A stretch of DNA of 64,000 bases, taken from positions 215,448 through 279,447 of the forward strand of contig NMRA01000556.1 in assembly GCA_002633005.1 (NCBI GenBank). Direction: 5' to 3'. The position numbers were made by a program, and so were the translations under genes. This document shows positions 11,538 to 26,500 of the stretch, one piece after another (within the stretch, counting starts at the first letter, position 1; every line of letters begins with the position of its first letter). The notes below the pieces were generated by a model. That model was not told the DNA's origin. It was given only the letters and a program-made list of their open reading frames with translations, and searched no databases. The DNA is from Phoronis australis (Eukaryota; Animalia; Phoronida).

Positions 11538-14500
11538 CTGCAAAGCGAAATGTTGAGAAGGTTACAGGTTGCAAAGTCTGCCGACAGGAGACATTCTGCT
11601 ATTCACTTAGTATTATCTCCCTTGACGTGTTTTCAATGGATACAACGGATGAGTCGGACGATGCTGTTGGAATTTAATTTGATTCCCGTCGCTTGGTAGA
11701 GACATGCGTTTTGGTGACAATTAAAGTTTTCCGAATTTACCACAAATTACAGACGTTTTACCAGATTGTCTTTGGTTTGAATACTCCCCTGATTACAAGA
11801 GCTGTCGGAAGTTAGCAAAAATGCTGTTCTGTTAATTTACCAGTCTTAGAACAGGCTATATAATCCACATGGAAGACTTGAACACTTGGAAATGTAATTT
11901 AACGTTATTTGTACATGATTGTACAGGTGCATTGTATGCTTAAACCCATAAACAGTATCACTCACTTGTGCTCGTCACAGAGAGCAGACGACTCCGCGTG
12001 TAAGTGTTGAGTTTTACCCGCACCTGATTTGGGCACTTTCTTCCTGAAATAAGACACCCACAGTCAAGCAAAGCACCGCAGATAAACATAAATGTGCTTA
12101 AACTTCATGCACATATGCTGCGCTACTGAAAAAATGAATTCCTTTTTTCATCATAATAGCTTGAGGACAGAAAATGTTGATGGGGGCAATGGTGCGCTAA
12201 ATATCCCAAAAGTGACAAGAACACGTGCTTACTGTTCTAGAGTTTGTGTTCCATAAAACCCGTTATTCACGAGTATCCACCATTTACACACTCCGGTCTG
12301 CCTCCATTACTGTTACTTTCTAGTTCTTAGTTCTTTATGCAGAGAAATTAAGATACGAGATGCTAAGTACTGGTGTTGAAGAATTGAGAAACTCACTAAT
12401 TACATGCGCTTTTATACGTTTACCACCTTCCATTCCGCTACGAAAAAACAACACCCCGAGGTAATGTTGACAAGATAAAGATTGTCTTTATCCCGGGTGT
12501 ACTGGTATAGAAGAACTTGTACGAGAACTATTGTTCACGACCAGTTTCCCAATCAAAGGCTTTTTCTGACAAAATTCTCTTCAAAATGCCTTTTCCAGCT
12601 CTACTGAGGTGCCTTGTTCAACCACCAACTACATAAATCTACAGATGGCTTTCAAACTTTGCTATCATCATTATTGACAGCACGGCCTCTGTTCATGTAC
12701 TGTTGCAGGCCTACACTATGTAGGAACTTATCGACGTGTACATGTATTTTGCCAAACAACAATACGATTATTCCTAACAACTTTTTGAAACATATAGGGC
12801 ACAAAGCATTGTACCCGAACGTTTCATAAGAATTAGATCAGCAATTTCTGAGAGATGATCAAATTTGTCATTCTTATAGGATCCTTTATAGCTGGTTCAT
12901 ACATAGCTGGTCCTACATAACCGTAACGGGTTAAAAGTTAAGATGCCCAAGGATACTAATGAAAGGGTAAGGATTTATGGGATTAAGTCAGTACTAATAT
13001 CCCCTTTTTCGTGTTCACTCTTTAAATGAGTGGATGACTAAGTTCCCAGTTAAATCCTTCGTGGATGCTATGTTGAATGACACCCACTGGGTCTGATGAG
13101 CGTTACATCTCGAATGTACATGTACAGTCAGTCGGAATAATTGAATGAAGTGGATTCTACTTAATTTTAAAGGAATATGTTATGTATGGAGTCGATATGT
13201 AAGACCATTGTACTTACCGACGATATTTGCAACATAAGAACATGGCGACAGCTGCACACACGACAATGGCGATCAATGTAATGAGCACTGCTAGTAACGT
13301 TCTGTTCACAGAGCCGTTCTTTGGAGGTTCTCGTGGACGGACAGATCCTTTAACAAAATAACCTTCTTATGAGAGACCATAAACTTGCTCATGGATTCAG
13401 CTAAATATTTTTTCTCAGACTGTTGGCGCTTTGAAGCGTGAAGTTATGTGAGACCTAATCGCCAAGTCTATGAAGTAAGTCTATCCCCACATGATATTTG
13501 GTTTTAACCAGTCGAAAGCCGGAATTAATGGAGCCTAACTGCAGTTTGAAATATGGGTGAACGACCACGGTATGCGGAGGAAGCAGGAGGCAGGGATTTT
13601 GGTAAAGTATTTTGCACTCTCTATGTTGATTTGACTGAAATTAGAGACGGACCTTTCGTGAAAATTAATGAAACGTAAGTGGCGTTGAAACTACACGAAC
13701 ACTAGACAGATCAAATGTATTTCAATCGGATTGTCACACAAGAACGAGATGAGCAGCTGAGGCCGGAAATTGGTGTCGACCGGTGAGAGTAAAACTCGTA
13801 GGAGGTGCGCTCACATGCTCTTCTCACCTTAAAGAAAACCTTTCCACGCTTGTGACAATGTAGATGAAACGTGGGCAAGTTGTAAATACTAACATGCTTT
13901 TGAAGCACGTTAAATCCGTACCTGAAGTCGGGTTCACAAGGACTGCATTATTTTCGCTAACAGCAATCTCCTTCGAAGCCTCTTCGGTAGGTTCTATCTT
14001 TAGCGTCATTGTAGCAGTGATATTGTCATGAGTACTTGTAGTAAGATCTGACGTTAAGGTAGACGTTTTCGCTTCAGTCGTCGGGGGTAGAGGCAACTCA
14101 ACAAAAGTATATTTGGCATGGAAACCTGTCCTGCGGCCATCGCTGTCAGGGTAGGTTGCCAAGGTTACCCGTAAATAGGACGAGGAAGACTCTTGAGACA
14201 ATCCTGAAGACCGAGAACCACAGTACGTGTCAATGGCTGGTTTTTGATCATCAGCGCCGTCATAGAGCGTCAACTGATCATGGAAGCGAGAGCAGTTTTG
14301 ATAGTTGTCCATGCCCAGTTGCATATGTGTAAACGTAAGCCTCACTTTGAAACCATCGGGTGCCTGAATGAGCCAGTTGCAACGACTTCCAGCTGGATAT
14401 GCACGCGGCCAATCAGGAGAAGCGAACTCCCCGCCATCTTCAGTCAAAGTGGCGATGCAAGGCCATTCTGAAAGAAAGGACATCGACGTTCCAAGTGGAA

Positions 14501-17500
14501 AGCTATAGTTTTACAAAAGTTTAATCCTTTGTCACATTCTCGTTTGCAATACGAAAAGCTTAAAATCGGTTTCTGTGTGACGTTCACTGGAACATTTAAC
14601 ACGTACATTGCACGTGTTCTTCGGAATAGGAATGGGTGTACGGAGTAGTTTTACGCGTAACTGTTATTTCTTTAAGTACTACAGGTTCGTTTTCTTGTTA
14701 CAAAATTCTATTTGTAAATTAGTTCACATGTTCATATGGATTGAATCATAAGCACAACAACTCTAAGTACAGCACACGACTATGTCATATACCATACATG
14801 TATACCACCGAATAAGAGCAGCCGTGCTAACGTTTCAATTTCTTATGACGTCAGTAAGAGGACTATACAAGGAGAGTTGTCTCATTCAATGATTACATAC
14901 TGAAACAACAATTTCCCATCTGACTGATTTGTCGTCATATCTAGCGGAAGTACATAACCGGTGCTTTTGGCAGTTATATAATTTCTACCTTTTGCTGCCA
15001 TTGTCAATATTTGGTTTAACTACAAAGTTCAAAAACCTTTATTTCACGTATTTGGTCTGGGCCACATGGAGCGCAATAAAAGGAGGACGCGATATCGGGC
15101 GCTCACCTGCAGCGTAAAACGCATGGAAGCCAGGGGCATCTCTGAGAGCGTTTGAAGTGAACACGAGTGTAACGCTGTTAGTCTCCGTCAGTAGACGCTT
15201 GTGTGGACTGGCAGGAGAGATGCACGTCTCTTTGCTTATAGTAGCGGTAGATTGCTGAAGTATGAGGTGGTCGTTCTCTGGACTACAGGCACTACCGGTA
15301 ATGGGACCGAAGTCGATGTGAACGAAGATGAAATGAATCACCTGTGTGAAAACACGATTATTTCGTGGGTATTACGATAAACAGTGCATTCACATTTTGA
15401 TCTATTAAAATTTCTAGCACCAAAATTTCATTACGCGCAGGCTTTGAGGAAAAGTTTAGGGTTATTATAGTGTATCTTCTGATGATATGAATCTCTCTAA
15501 CACCGATGGCCGTCCGGTGGCTCATTCACATTCGAAAGTCAGCTATTCAAAGTTACTTGCTTCAATCGATAAAGTCTTGCTGTGATGTCCAGAGGGTTGC
15601 AAAGAACATTATTTTTAGCATCATTAAGAGCTTCTGCAGGTGCTTAATACACCCGCATATGACCACCAGACCTCCAAACACTGAAACAGGTGCTGACGGA
15701 GATACGCTAACTAATCACAGGGGACTTCAAATCGGCAATACAGTAGCTCCTTCCACACGGACGCAAAACTTCTGTTTGTGAATAAAAATCGCTTGGCAGC
15801 AACAGAAACTCGATTACCATGGGCGCGAATGATGTACAACATTTCAACCAATAGCTCACTTGCGAGTTTCTCGTTAGTCACTGTGACGTCACCGGAAAGG
15901 GGGCAAAACCCGCCATATTGCTCTTGTTTTGCCCCGAGTCTTTGCTACACACGCTAAAACTTACTGGAGTTCTTACGGTGAATTTTACGCTTAAAACGTT
16001 AAAACAACTTAAGATATGGTAGATGGGTCGTGGAATAACTGTGAATGGACGAAGAAAATGTGAACTTGTTATGTTGTGCGAAGCTGTAAACGGACTGAAA
16101 TTGGAACTTAATCCGCTCTAGGCCTGAAAGGCGCCAGGCACAGGCATACAGGGGCGATAGTGTATCCCCATAAAAAGATATTCACAGCAAATAAAATCAA
16201 ATGGAACATGCATATGTGCACATGAAGTTATAATTAACACATACCCTAACTCTGGACACAATTTAGTCTACAAATAACTTGAGCATATTCATGAAAACCT
16301 CGCGGTTCTCTCGAGTTTCTCTCACTAGCCGCCATTTTGAGGAAGTTACGTGAAATCACGCCTGTTGACGAACAAAAAGTCCAAGGAACACAAATCTTAC
16401 AAATTTCACTTGAAATTTTCTCATGCTATTTTGCAAGTGTCACGCGCCAGGTCACGCGCCAAATCTCGCGCTAGCCTTTGCCTCATACTCAACTGACTCA
16501 GTTGAAATACTTGATTGTGGTTATCGCGCGCGAGGACAAAGTTAACAGTAACCACAAAGTGGAGTTGGTATTCTTCGCCAAAGTCACCTGAATTCCCGTA
16601 TATATGCTTCATCGAAGATATGTTTAGAAGCATAAAGAGTCACTGAAGAAAGTAAGAGCCTTTTAGGTGCTAATTTTAGGTATTTTTGTCGAGGAGAAAA
16701 CTTTATCAGTGAGGGGATTTCGCCTACCGCCCGTTTAAAATACACGGGACGAAATTAGTACAGAACGCGATAGAACGTATTGTAGTGCGAATCTGAAGTT
16801 CATTTGCCATAACAGCAATGCTTTTTGGACATTTTTCGAACTAAACGGCTAAAAACTCAAAGACAATAACAGAATACACTCTGCTACCGTATTGGGCAAA
16901 TGACCAAACGACAAGCTTTTGCCCCACTTCCCGTGACGTCACAGTTAAGTCTCACATAATCTCGCGTTATTGTTATAAACTCGCAAAAGGCCTATTATGT
17001 TAGCCTTTAGAATTGAAGCAAGTAATGTTGTCGCCCCGAAGAAATTGAACTATGGGATACAAATGAGTTGGTCCACAAAACATCATTTCGCAATTTCCGA
17101 TTGAACAACCGGATACATTTCAATTTAAATTGAAAAATCGCCTTTGAAATATTATTTCAAGTTTCAAAATATAATTTGAATTGGATCTTGAAACTGGGAA
17201 TTTGCAGATCCACCGACTATCATCGAAATTTTGATAGAACAAATTTCGGCGTGGCGCTTTACCACAATCGGCCACATGGATTTCCGCCGATGAGAGAACT
17301 GCACAGTCATATCCAAGGGGAATCTCTCCAGCAAGACAAATTTACTCTGATAGACAAGTCGAAAAAAATAGTACAGACTGTCTAGTTTGGTGAACGGGCC
17401 TAACATAACTCCCCTGAATCATTAACATTATTATGTTTTAAGCCAACCTCCCTATTGGTTTCGCATCTCCGATAAAAATGAGACGAGCTACTTTTAACAG

Positions 17501-20500
17501 ACGTTTTTCAAATATCTATTTGGTTTAAAGTATTAGTTTGTTTAAGTAAATATCAGGAAGTCTGATTTCAAGGATTATTCGTTGTAAAATGGCCTGTTTT
17601 CAGGGCACCAGATGCGAACATTACGAGAGATGAACGTTATCACACTGGCTTTCGTACGCCATTGTCTTGCGTCTATGGCCTGAACGACACAACGTGGAAG
17701 TTCCATCTGCGCATGTCAAAAGTGCTTCAGTACCCATTTTTATGTACAGCTAACTATCACCGCTGCCTACGCACAGAATGGCATCTCTTACAAAAGTACG
17801 CATTCTAAAATTTTACATGCACCCGGGCTCTGACTAAAAGTGCAGAACTCACAATTGGCTAACACCTCCACGTTTTTTAACCTCTCAATTTTGAATACCT
17901 TATACGGAGATACGCGAATGTTCCATACACAATGCTCATACGGCGCATATTGACGAGGCCAATTTGGAGACGCAACATCGCCCATGTCAGTCGTTAGATT
18001 ACCACCACAGTCCAGAATAGGCTTCATTTCAAAGTGATGGATTTGTGTGGTGAATACAAAGAGACCTCCGACATCACTTCCGGTTTTGGAAGACAGACGA
18101 CATTTTCCTCCAATAACCTGGAAATGTGAGTGGGCGCATGAACACTAATTTTTATGATAAAAGTCAGGCGACACCGAACATACGTGTGGTACTTAACAGT
18201 CGCTATGCACTAATTCATACGTATGTACAACACCTCGAAATCCGGTTAGAGTTTACGAAACAGTATTTTCTCAGTGAATGACGTACGTTCAATAATAAAA
18301 CTACTTGTGAGTGAATGACCAAAGCACCATTTCCTGCAATTAAGGTCATTAGAAGGACACTCTAACAATCTACGCGGATGAATAAGGTCACCTGAAACTT
18401 ACTACGCATTTCCTATGATTTCTGACGTATAGACAGCTCAGTGGCAAGCTGTCTGAAAGGTTATTATCTGAGCTGCTTTTAAATTCGTTCTACTGACACA
18501 TTTCCATCTGTAAAGTGAAGCGTAGCGTAAAAACAGAAATAATGCAAAATAAAATAAAATAAAATAAAATACTAGGAATTGAGAATCAGATGAAAGTGTT
18601 AATAGTTTGATATGCCACAAACTAAAACGGATTGTGTTTCGTTGAAGGAAACATCGTTAACACGAAAATGCTAGGACATGGGGTTCTCCACTCAACTCCT
18701 CGCGCAATATCGCACAACCTCATTTTTACAAGAACTTCTCTTCTATTTTCAAATTCATTTTGTAATAACACTAAAACAGCAAACAATAACAGCCTCAAAA
18801 AAGTTAACAACAACACATTACCTCGTAATCAAACGATCTACAAATGAATGTCTGTTCCATTAAACAGTGGCGTGCACACAGTTCAGTGGTAACTCGTTCG
18901 AATTCCTTGTCATTATGAGATATGATCAGGCTATAGGGCGTTGCGTAGAAGAAGTTGAGGTGTTTTTCTGCAAAGGAAGAAAACAAATATGAATTTAGAG
19001 ATCCCAGAAAACAGTGGTGCACATGCTCAAATCGAAATGTTATAAGAAAATATACTTAACATTATATTAAGATGCCCGTCATCAATGGGCATTCATAAAC
19101 ATGCTTAACCATAACCTAAGCTTTCATTACGCAATATAACATAACACAACATAACACCGGAATTAACTCAATATAGGCGGAGACCGTAGCTTATAGCATT
19201 CATTGTTTTGAGTACCGTTCTTTGGAAGGGGCAATCCATTTTTTCTATGTGACCAGCTAATACACTCGTAATTCAAATTCCAAAAAGTTCCCGCGTCTAC
19301 ACGTGCACATTTTAAAAACAAAGTGTTTTTGTAACAAGAAATAGTATGCACATCTGTACCACTAGGTGGCACTTAATGATAAATTGACCAATCGATGAGC
19401 TTGAGTGTATTGTTGTGCTGATTAACCTAAAGATGGCAGCTCCAATGGAATGGGATGCCTGTATAACTCAAGGTTTGTGAAACAGCTCTGAATTGTGATA
19501 ACCAGAACTTGAAGAAGCACCCTGACAAAAGCTAATAGGGTGTGCGACTTTGTAGATCAGTATAGATGGCAAAGAACAGGAATTGTCACAAACTTTTGTG
19601 CAGGAAGACAGCTGCTTTGTCCCACTGAATTATAACCTGTCCTGCTACACTGGAATAGAAGATTAAGCGTCAAAACAACAACTGAAAGGGCACAGAAACG
19701 CATAGCAACGTTTCAAGACAGCAGCAGTAGCCGTAAAGCTACTGAAAGTGACAGAGGTGTTGCCCAAGATTTCCCAAGAAAACCAATTAGACTTCAAAAA
19801 TCTGAAACACCAAATTAAGCAGAGGTTCGTACATTTTCACGTCTGAGTGCATCATTGCGAGCAGAAGAAGTATGTTACGGACCATATTTCAAGAAAGAAG
19901 AAAAAGCAACAACTTTCTAGCCTTGAATACAAAACCGGTATGTGCTTTTGTAAGGTACATTTTTGCGTGGAGCAAGCGTGTTCAGTGTGTTTTTTAACTT
20001 GTTCAGCTCCTAGGCTGCCCAGGCCTTAGACAATAGCGCCGTCTCAAGTGGCCCCAGTGGTAGAGATGGTGGCTATGCCATAGGTCTTCCATATGCCGGA
20101 AGCTTTTTGGAATATTGCTATCAGTTTAGACGTACCTTTTGCGCATAGAGGGATGCCTTAGGAAGCCGTTGATGTCTTTATTTGTTCCAAGCTCGAACAA
20201 ATACGCTTCCAATCAAACGTTATTCGAACAGTGCGTCGTTCAAACCGGCAATTGGCCATTTTTACACTGCTCGCGTCAGGGGATAATCATATGGAGTCAT
20301 ATGGCAGGTGTTACTTTAAGCAATTTAAATTACAATTTAAACTTTGAGAAGGTCAAATGGAGTAGATGGTTGCAGTGGACTTTTAAATCAACAAGCCCGA
20401 GTAGCTGTCATCCCCGATACGGTATACAGGGAACCTAGGTAGTCTCAACAGTAGCTAAATTGAAATGCCCAAGAGGCCAGCGTCCCCGTCGTAATCTGAG

Positions 20501-23500
20501 GACAGGGGAAGCTCCTGCTCATTTTTTCAAACGTTGATTACTTAACTGTACACCTACACGTATTGAGTACAGTATGAGCATTCGGTGAAAAAAGTAAATT
20601 TCAATCACTGCACTGGTACAGCAGATTGTTTAACGTCAGCCGCATCAGCCAATCTAATTGTCAGACGGTCAACAATATTTGGCGACAGATCAGACGGCAT
20701 ATAAATGTGGGCATCAATTTATGTTAAGTCCGTCTGAAAAAAATTCGTGCCAACACACTGGTCATTAAATGTTTCGCTGATGACGGAGAGAATAGATATT
20801 AACTAGAAACGCACCGAGTTCACCCTTGTCACTACAGATATCGACACAACAGAGGCCTAATTCCGAGGATCAATGCTGTTGTTTGTTATTATGACGAATA
20901 ACAATGTTTTTTTTTTCTAATCCTGCTCCTTTTGTCCGTTTTTAATTGGTTATTAGTCTTCAAAGTGAATACGGCACTCATCACGCGGATGACATGAAGA
21001 GGAGTAAAGGACAAGGTGACTTGTTGGAACAAGACCAAGTGCCAGTCAGTTAACAATTTATTAAGACACACACAATAATGTAATAGAAATAGAAAGTGCC
21101 AGTGGACACAGGATATGAACTAGATGCTTACCAATTCTTTCGTAGTGCATGATGCTGATATTAGCCAAGGTGTACTGATCGTACTCCAATCCGTGGGTAT
21201 TTGCAGATATCATATAAGACAGGTAGCACCTCCTGTGGGTAAAGTTGTAATCTAGGCTCATGCACTTGAACGACTTCTCTTCCAGACACCTCTGCGCGCA
21301 TGTCGTGAGATCGACGTCATGGATTTCGCTGTCGTAAACGTTGGCTATCTTTGAACTTAGTGCGCCAAATCCGTAGTTAACGAAGTGTCTCAAAGCTCCC
21401 TCTGAAAAATGCCTCCAATAGATTATCCAGTGCCAGGCAACTGCACTTAAACCTGTCGTCTGTATGACTTTCGATGTTGGAACAAATGTATATTCAAAAT
21501 AATTTACGCGCACACACCATTTGTGATTGAGATCTTTAATGGAACTTATTTTGGACCACACCAATTTGGAAATATGCAAACTATGCGTTACACGTGATTT
21601 CTAAATGTGAAGTTTAGGGCTTGGAATTGACTTCGCAGACTTAACGAACCATCAATTAATGGTATTTGTGGTCTTTTCACTACTCCAGATGGAAAGAATT
21701 TTATTCATGAACTACAACAGATGCATAAAGTGTAGAGGCAAACAGAGACCCCAACACTAAAACGATTGGTGTATTCCTCCAGTAAAGGGGAAACCCAAAC
21801 AAAGTTCGAGCTTAGAACCGGCCCTGATAGACACAGAATTCGATATGGGATAAGCATATCAACGAAAGTCCCTTGAATATTAGTGATCGGCACAAGCTGG
21901 GCGGGACTAAGGTTTCTTTAAGCCCCTAGACTATGTAAAGCGTCTATTATCCCTCAAGTAATACATGTATAGGCTGCTCCATGTCGCGTCGCATTGTTTT
22001 TTCCATCCCACTTATTGAGCTGATACGCAGATCAAAGAATTGTCACCTCACCTGGCTACCATCGCCAAAATCTCCTTATTCTCCTTCCCTGACTACGAGG
22101 TGGAGGCATTTAGTGCTTGATCCTAATTTGTACATAACATGAAGCTTTGCCTAAGGGATAACTTGACAGTGACTGGTCGTAAGAGTAGCTCTAGTAATTT
22201 GACATTGGGTGTTCCGTGGAGTGACGTCATCATGGCCATGACAAGCTTCTTACTAAGATGGCCACGTTTGTTTCATGGTCACCACACCAAATTTTTTCAG
22301 GCACAAAGCAATCTAAGTTGATCCCTATCCGCCACGTTTAACAACTCAAATCATTTCTAGCGGAATACTCGCGTGTAACCCAGGCCTCACTTCTGACGGT
22401 CGTGTTGAAGATGATCAATGCCATTTGAGTGCGAACAAAGAAAAAAATAATGGCAAAGCAACATACTTGGCGTTCATCAAGGTGAAACACACGTTGTATG
22501 GAAGACATCTAAATATGCGGTAACATGCTACCCTATACGTTAACTGCAGGTTCAACTGACCAGGAACACGTTCATAGAAGTCAACCTTCAAGACACTAAG
22601 GACGCCTCCTGACGTTTGAGGCACAAGATCTGTCAACCAACAGTCCTTCTTGATGACAACATAGTCGAACCCCCTACACGTGAATCTTCGTTCTAGGTAG
22701 CAGTGACGGGCACATTCCTCCACGGTAATACTTCGGATGACTTTCTCGTGTCGTAATGTCACTATATGATTGGGAATGCGTCTGTATAATTTTTCGTAAG
22801 CAGCTGGAAACAAGAAAGCATTTAAGAATGTAATCCTTTCCATAGTCACGTGCAAAAATAACATCTAACTAGATCACGCAAGCCTACGTCAACAAAATTG
22901 GTCTCAAAACTTCCTGAATATACATGATTTGGCTTTCAGTGGCTTGAAGATTTTTTACGAGTAAAATACGCTTTCAAAATTCATAGCACTGGTCAGATTA
23001 CTTGCAATTTAATCATGACTCTCTGCTGCAACTGAACGTCAGGATGATTAACACAGATCCAAAATTATCACACTGCAAACTTACTTTTATAGTGGTCTAC
23101 TCCTATTTGTGGTTGAAGTCTCTGGCGTAGGTGCGAATAGGCATGCAAACGACACTGACGCCTTGTGTTGGCGAAGTCAAACGACTTGCATTCGAAGTCC
23201 GTCTCTTTTACGCAGCTTCGTGCGCAGCTTTCTATGTCACTTCCGGAAATGTTTTTAACACTGGCCAATGAAATTCTTTGGTCAGGTACCCGGACGAATA
23301 GAGATCTAAACCTGAGTTGACTTTCATCTGAAAATTAAGGAAATATAAATGAAAGTTCAACCGTGTACCCGTGGTGACAAGCTGCAAAGACCATTAACTC
23401 ACAATCATGGATCTTCACCAGGTGAAAAATTAAATTTAATAAAATTTGCAAGGAATTGGTTCAACATTCAAAGGTGATGTGTACATACTCTTACTGTAGA

Positions 23501-26500
23501 CGTGTGGCATCTCTGTAACTACTCATTCATCATGTGTGCCCATAAAATCAGGTTGATAACATGCCCAAGACCAACTTATCTTAGACTGATGCAAGAAGTT
23601 CACTAATTTCGAACAGCAAGTTGGCAGGTGTTATTTCTTCAAACAGTTGTCTGTGGCTATGCGATGGTATAATAATTGGTAAACGCAGTATATGCAAATA
23701 CATGCAAATGAGACGAAAACTGAGATTATAGTGTGTGTTCCCCCGTTCTCTTAAAAATTACATTTTCATTCAAATTGCTGCATTTCCGTTTGAACACACA
23801 TACATGTAATCAAAGACCTTATAACGTAATTTGCAAATTTCAGTAACTAAAATACAAATTATTTGTTTACTTTGACTATGGTATCTAGCACAAAACGCAA
23901 TCGGTCGCTTTGAGAATTAACTGAGATATATACTTAGATGAGTTATTTAAGCAACCCAACGGTCCCCTTTCGATCCCCGCCAAGTGTCACCCGAGGGGTC
24001 AAGGGCATTGAACTTGTTTACGGCTTGTTGAAATGTAGCCATGTGCAATGAATTATGGGACATGTTGAAGCCACGTTGTTCTAAATATGTACGCTCACAA
24101 TCTTATCACAATGCGAGTGTGAATCAAAACACGCATTGTGTGTACAGTTTGGTTCAGCGATATGGAAGAAATGTTAGATAAGTTATTGTCCTTGGTTTCA
24201 GTAGAATATTTTTGAATGACAAATGCAATTGCTCAGTTTATGCTTGCACAGAATGTTTGGAGAAGACATGAACGGACAAGAATAAACGTAAGTTTCCAAG
24301 CATGATCACCAGACGTCGCGGAAAGCAGACACTGTGGCATGGCTAGCATTCTCGGAACAATGGTACATGTGACCGAGGTCACATTAACTATACATTTTGC
24401 AAAGATTTACGCTCGGGCAACTAAGCAGAAAATTGCAAGAAATATTGAATGGATGAAGCATGCTTCAAAATGAAAGCACTTATTTATTTCTCGTTAATTC
24501 AAATTCTGCAACTCGCTACTATTTTGGCTACAAAGATGACGTCACGTTTATCAAAGAGACTGCTTTTACAGTTAGCCTTTTCTCGCACGTAATATTAAGT
24601 GCAAATTAACGAGGGAAAAAATAAACACGCAAATTGTAGTTCCGGGTCTGTTTATAACAAAATTCGAACCACTCGATACACCAACGGGAGACTAGCGATA
24701 CATTGGCATGTAGGAGCCAACATCACTACGGAACATCTTGGCTGAGATAATCTTGGAAATAAACAGCGTTGGAAATGCCTCAATTAAGCAAGTCAAAACT
24801 CATAAAATATCCGTAAAACTATATAGTTATGCAAAGTCTACGTTTCGAACTGGCGTTATGAATGCTGGATTAATATCAGCGCATCTAGGATGTCGCACAA
24901 TTCTCTAAGTCCGCCAACCCGCCAAACAACTGCGTGCCGCGATGGCGTTTTTGGTGATGTCCTCTGGCCCCCGTCTAAATCGGACCTTGCTTAAGAATAG
25001 AATGTGAATGTCGCAAAAGATCTATTTGCCGCACCAAGACATTGCCTGCACTGCAATCTTCATTTCCGCATTCCCGATCGAGTTACATAAATTGAACACT
25101 ACGGATTCTCCTTCCGTGTAATCTCTTTTCAAGGATTGGATTCTTCGCGGACATTTCCGAATGGTCTTGATTGTGTTAGAAGTCTCTACGTTATAAGAAG
25201 TCAAAAGCAATTGTGGATAATTGAAGGCCATTTCCTTTAGAATACCAAGACGCACGCAAAAGAATTAAGAATCCGAATCGCCGGTTCAATATAAAAGGGA
25301 CAAACATAAATTCTTGAGTTGCAAATGAGTTGGATGAAGAAATCTTTTAAGCCGCATTAGGAACGAGTTAATTAAATCTTATACATCAACTACTGTATAT
25401 TCAAGACCTCAACACCAGCAACGAATGGCCGATGTGTGGCGATGTTCAGGGAAACACCTCTAGCTCCCGCCGAACTCAACCCATTTCCACTAATCTCTAT
25501 TAGAATACATTAATCGGTCGTTTGGTCGAACGAAACTCAATCAAACTGTCACGCCTATGTAAAACAGTAAACACGCACCGTCTGTTCACGCTATTTACTG
25601 GCGCGAGATGCGATCATCTAATGATTTCCGCAGCTGTAGAATGTCCATTGGATTTTCATCCAAGAAATTTTAATGCATGCGATGGCTTTCTCAAGGAGTT
25701 TAGCACTGTTTCTTGGTCAAAATAACGTTTATGGATGGGTTTCTATTAGAAGCAAGGTTTCGATTTAAAAGGCCTGCATGACCCCAAAAACTCAATGGCA
25801 GGTGTGCATGCATTTAACCTGGGGCATCCGGGCACCTATTATAAAATAGCCCGTATGTCTGCGTTCAATCGACCATGCACAGGTAGCACACTGTGCCATC
25901 GAACTCTCTCCTGCATTGTATTGTCGTCGCAACTACGAAGTGTATGCGCACCCAGTTTCAGACCTCTTGATATGATCCCGCATGTGCTTTTGGCGCGGCA
26001 AACTAACTAGTGAAACGGAGACGTATTCGTTTTTTTGTTCACAGATTTAGAACGCGCACACTTGTCACTAACCAAGAAAAATTGGGAGCAAATGACTAAT
26101 TTCCAGTTAATTCAGAATTGTTAAAATTTGATCTGTGTTCATGACCCTCCAAGACAGAATAACCAAAGACAAAATTCTCTTGCAAATAAGAAATTACGCT
26201 TACAACTAATTGGAATCTCTTCGAGCTGTCCAAGGTAATATACATGTATACATGTACATGCTGGCCGAGTATTTGCTTTATGATACTTCTGTTCTATTTA
26301 CAGTCGTCAGCTTAGAACAAAGGATGGGTGTCATCAGTAGAAAAGTGTAGATCAGCGCCACTCAACTGCACCATCAAAATTCAGGGATTAAACTAATTTA
26401 AAAATACGTTCAGGTAATTTTGAAAACAAGCCGATGTGTCAACAAATGGTTATTTAAACATATAGCCACAGGCCCCGGATTTTGACTTTAAACGAAGATT

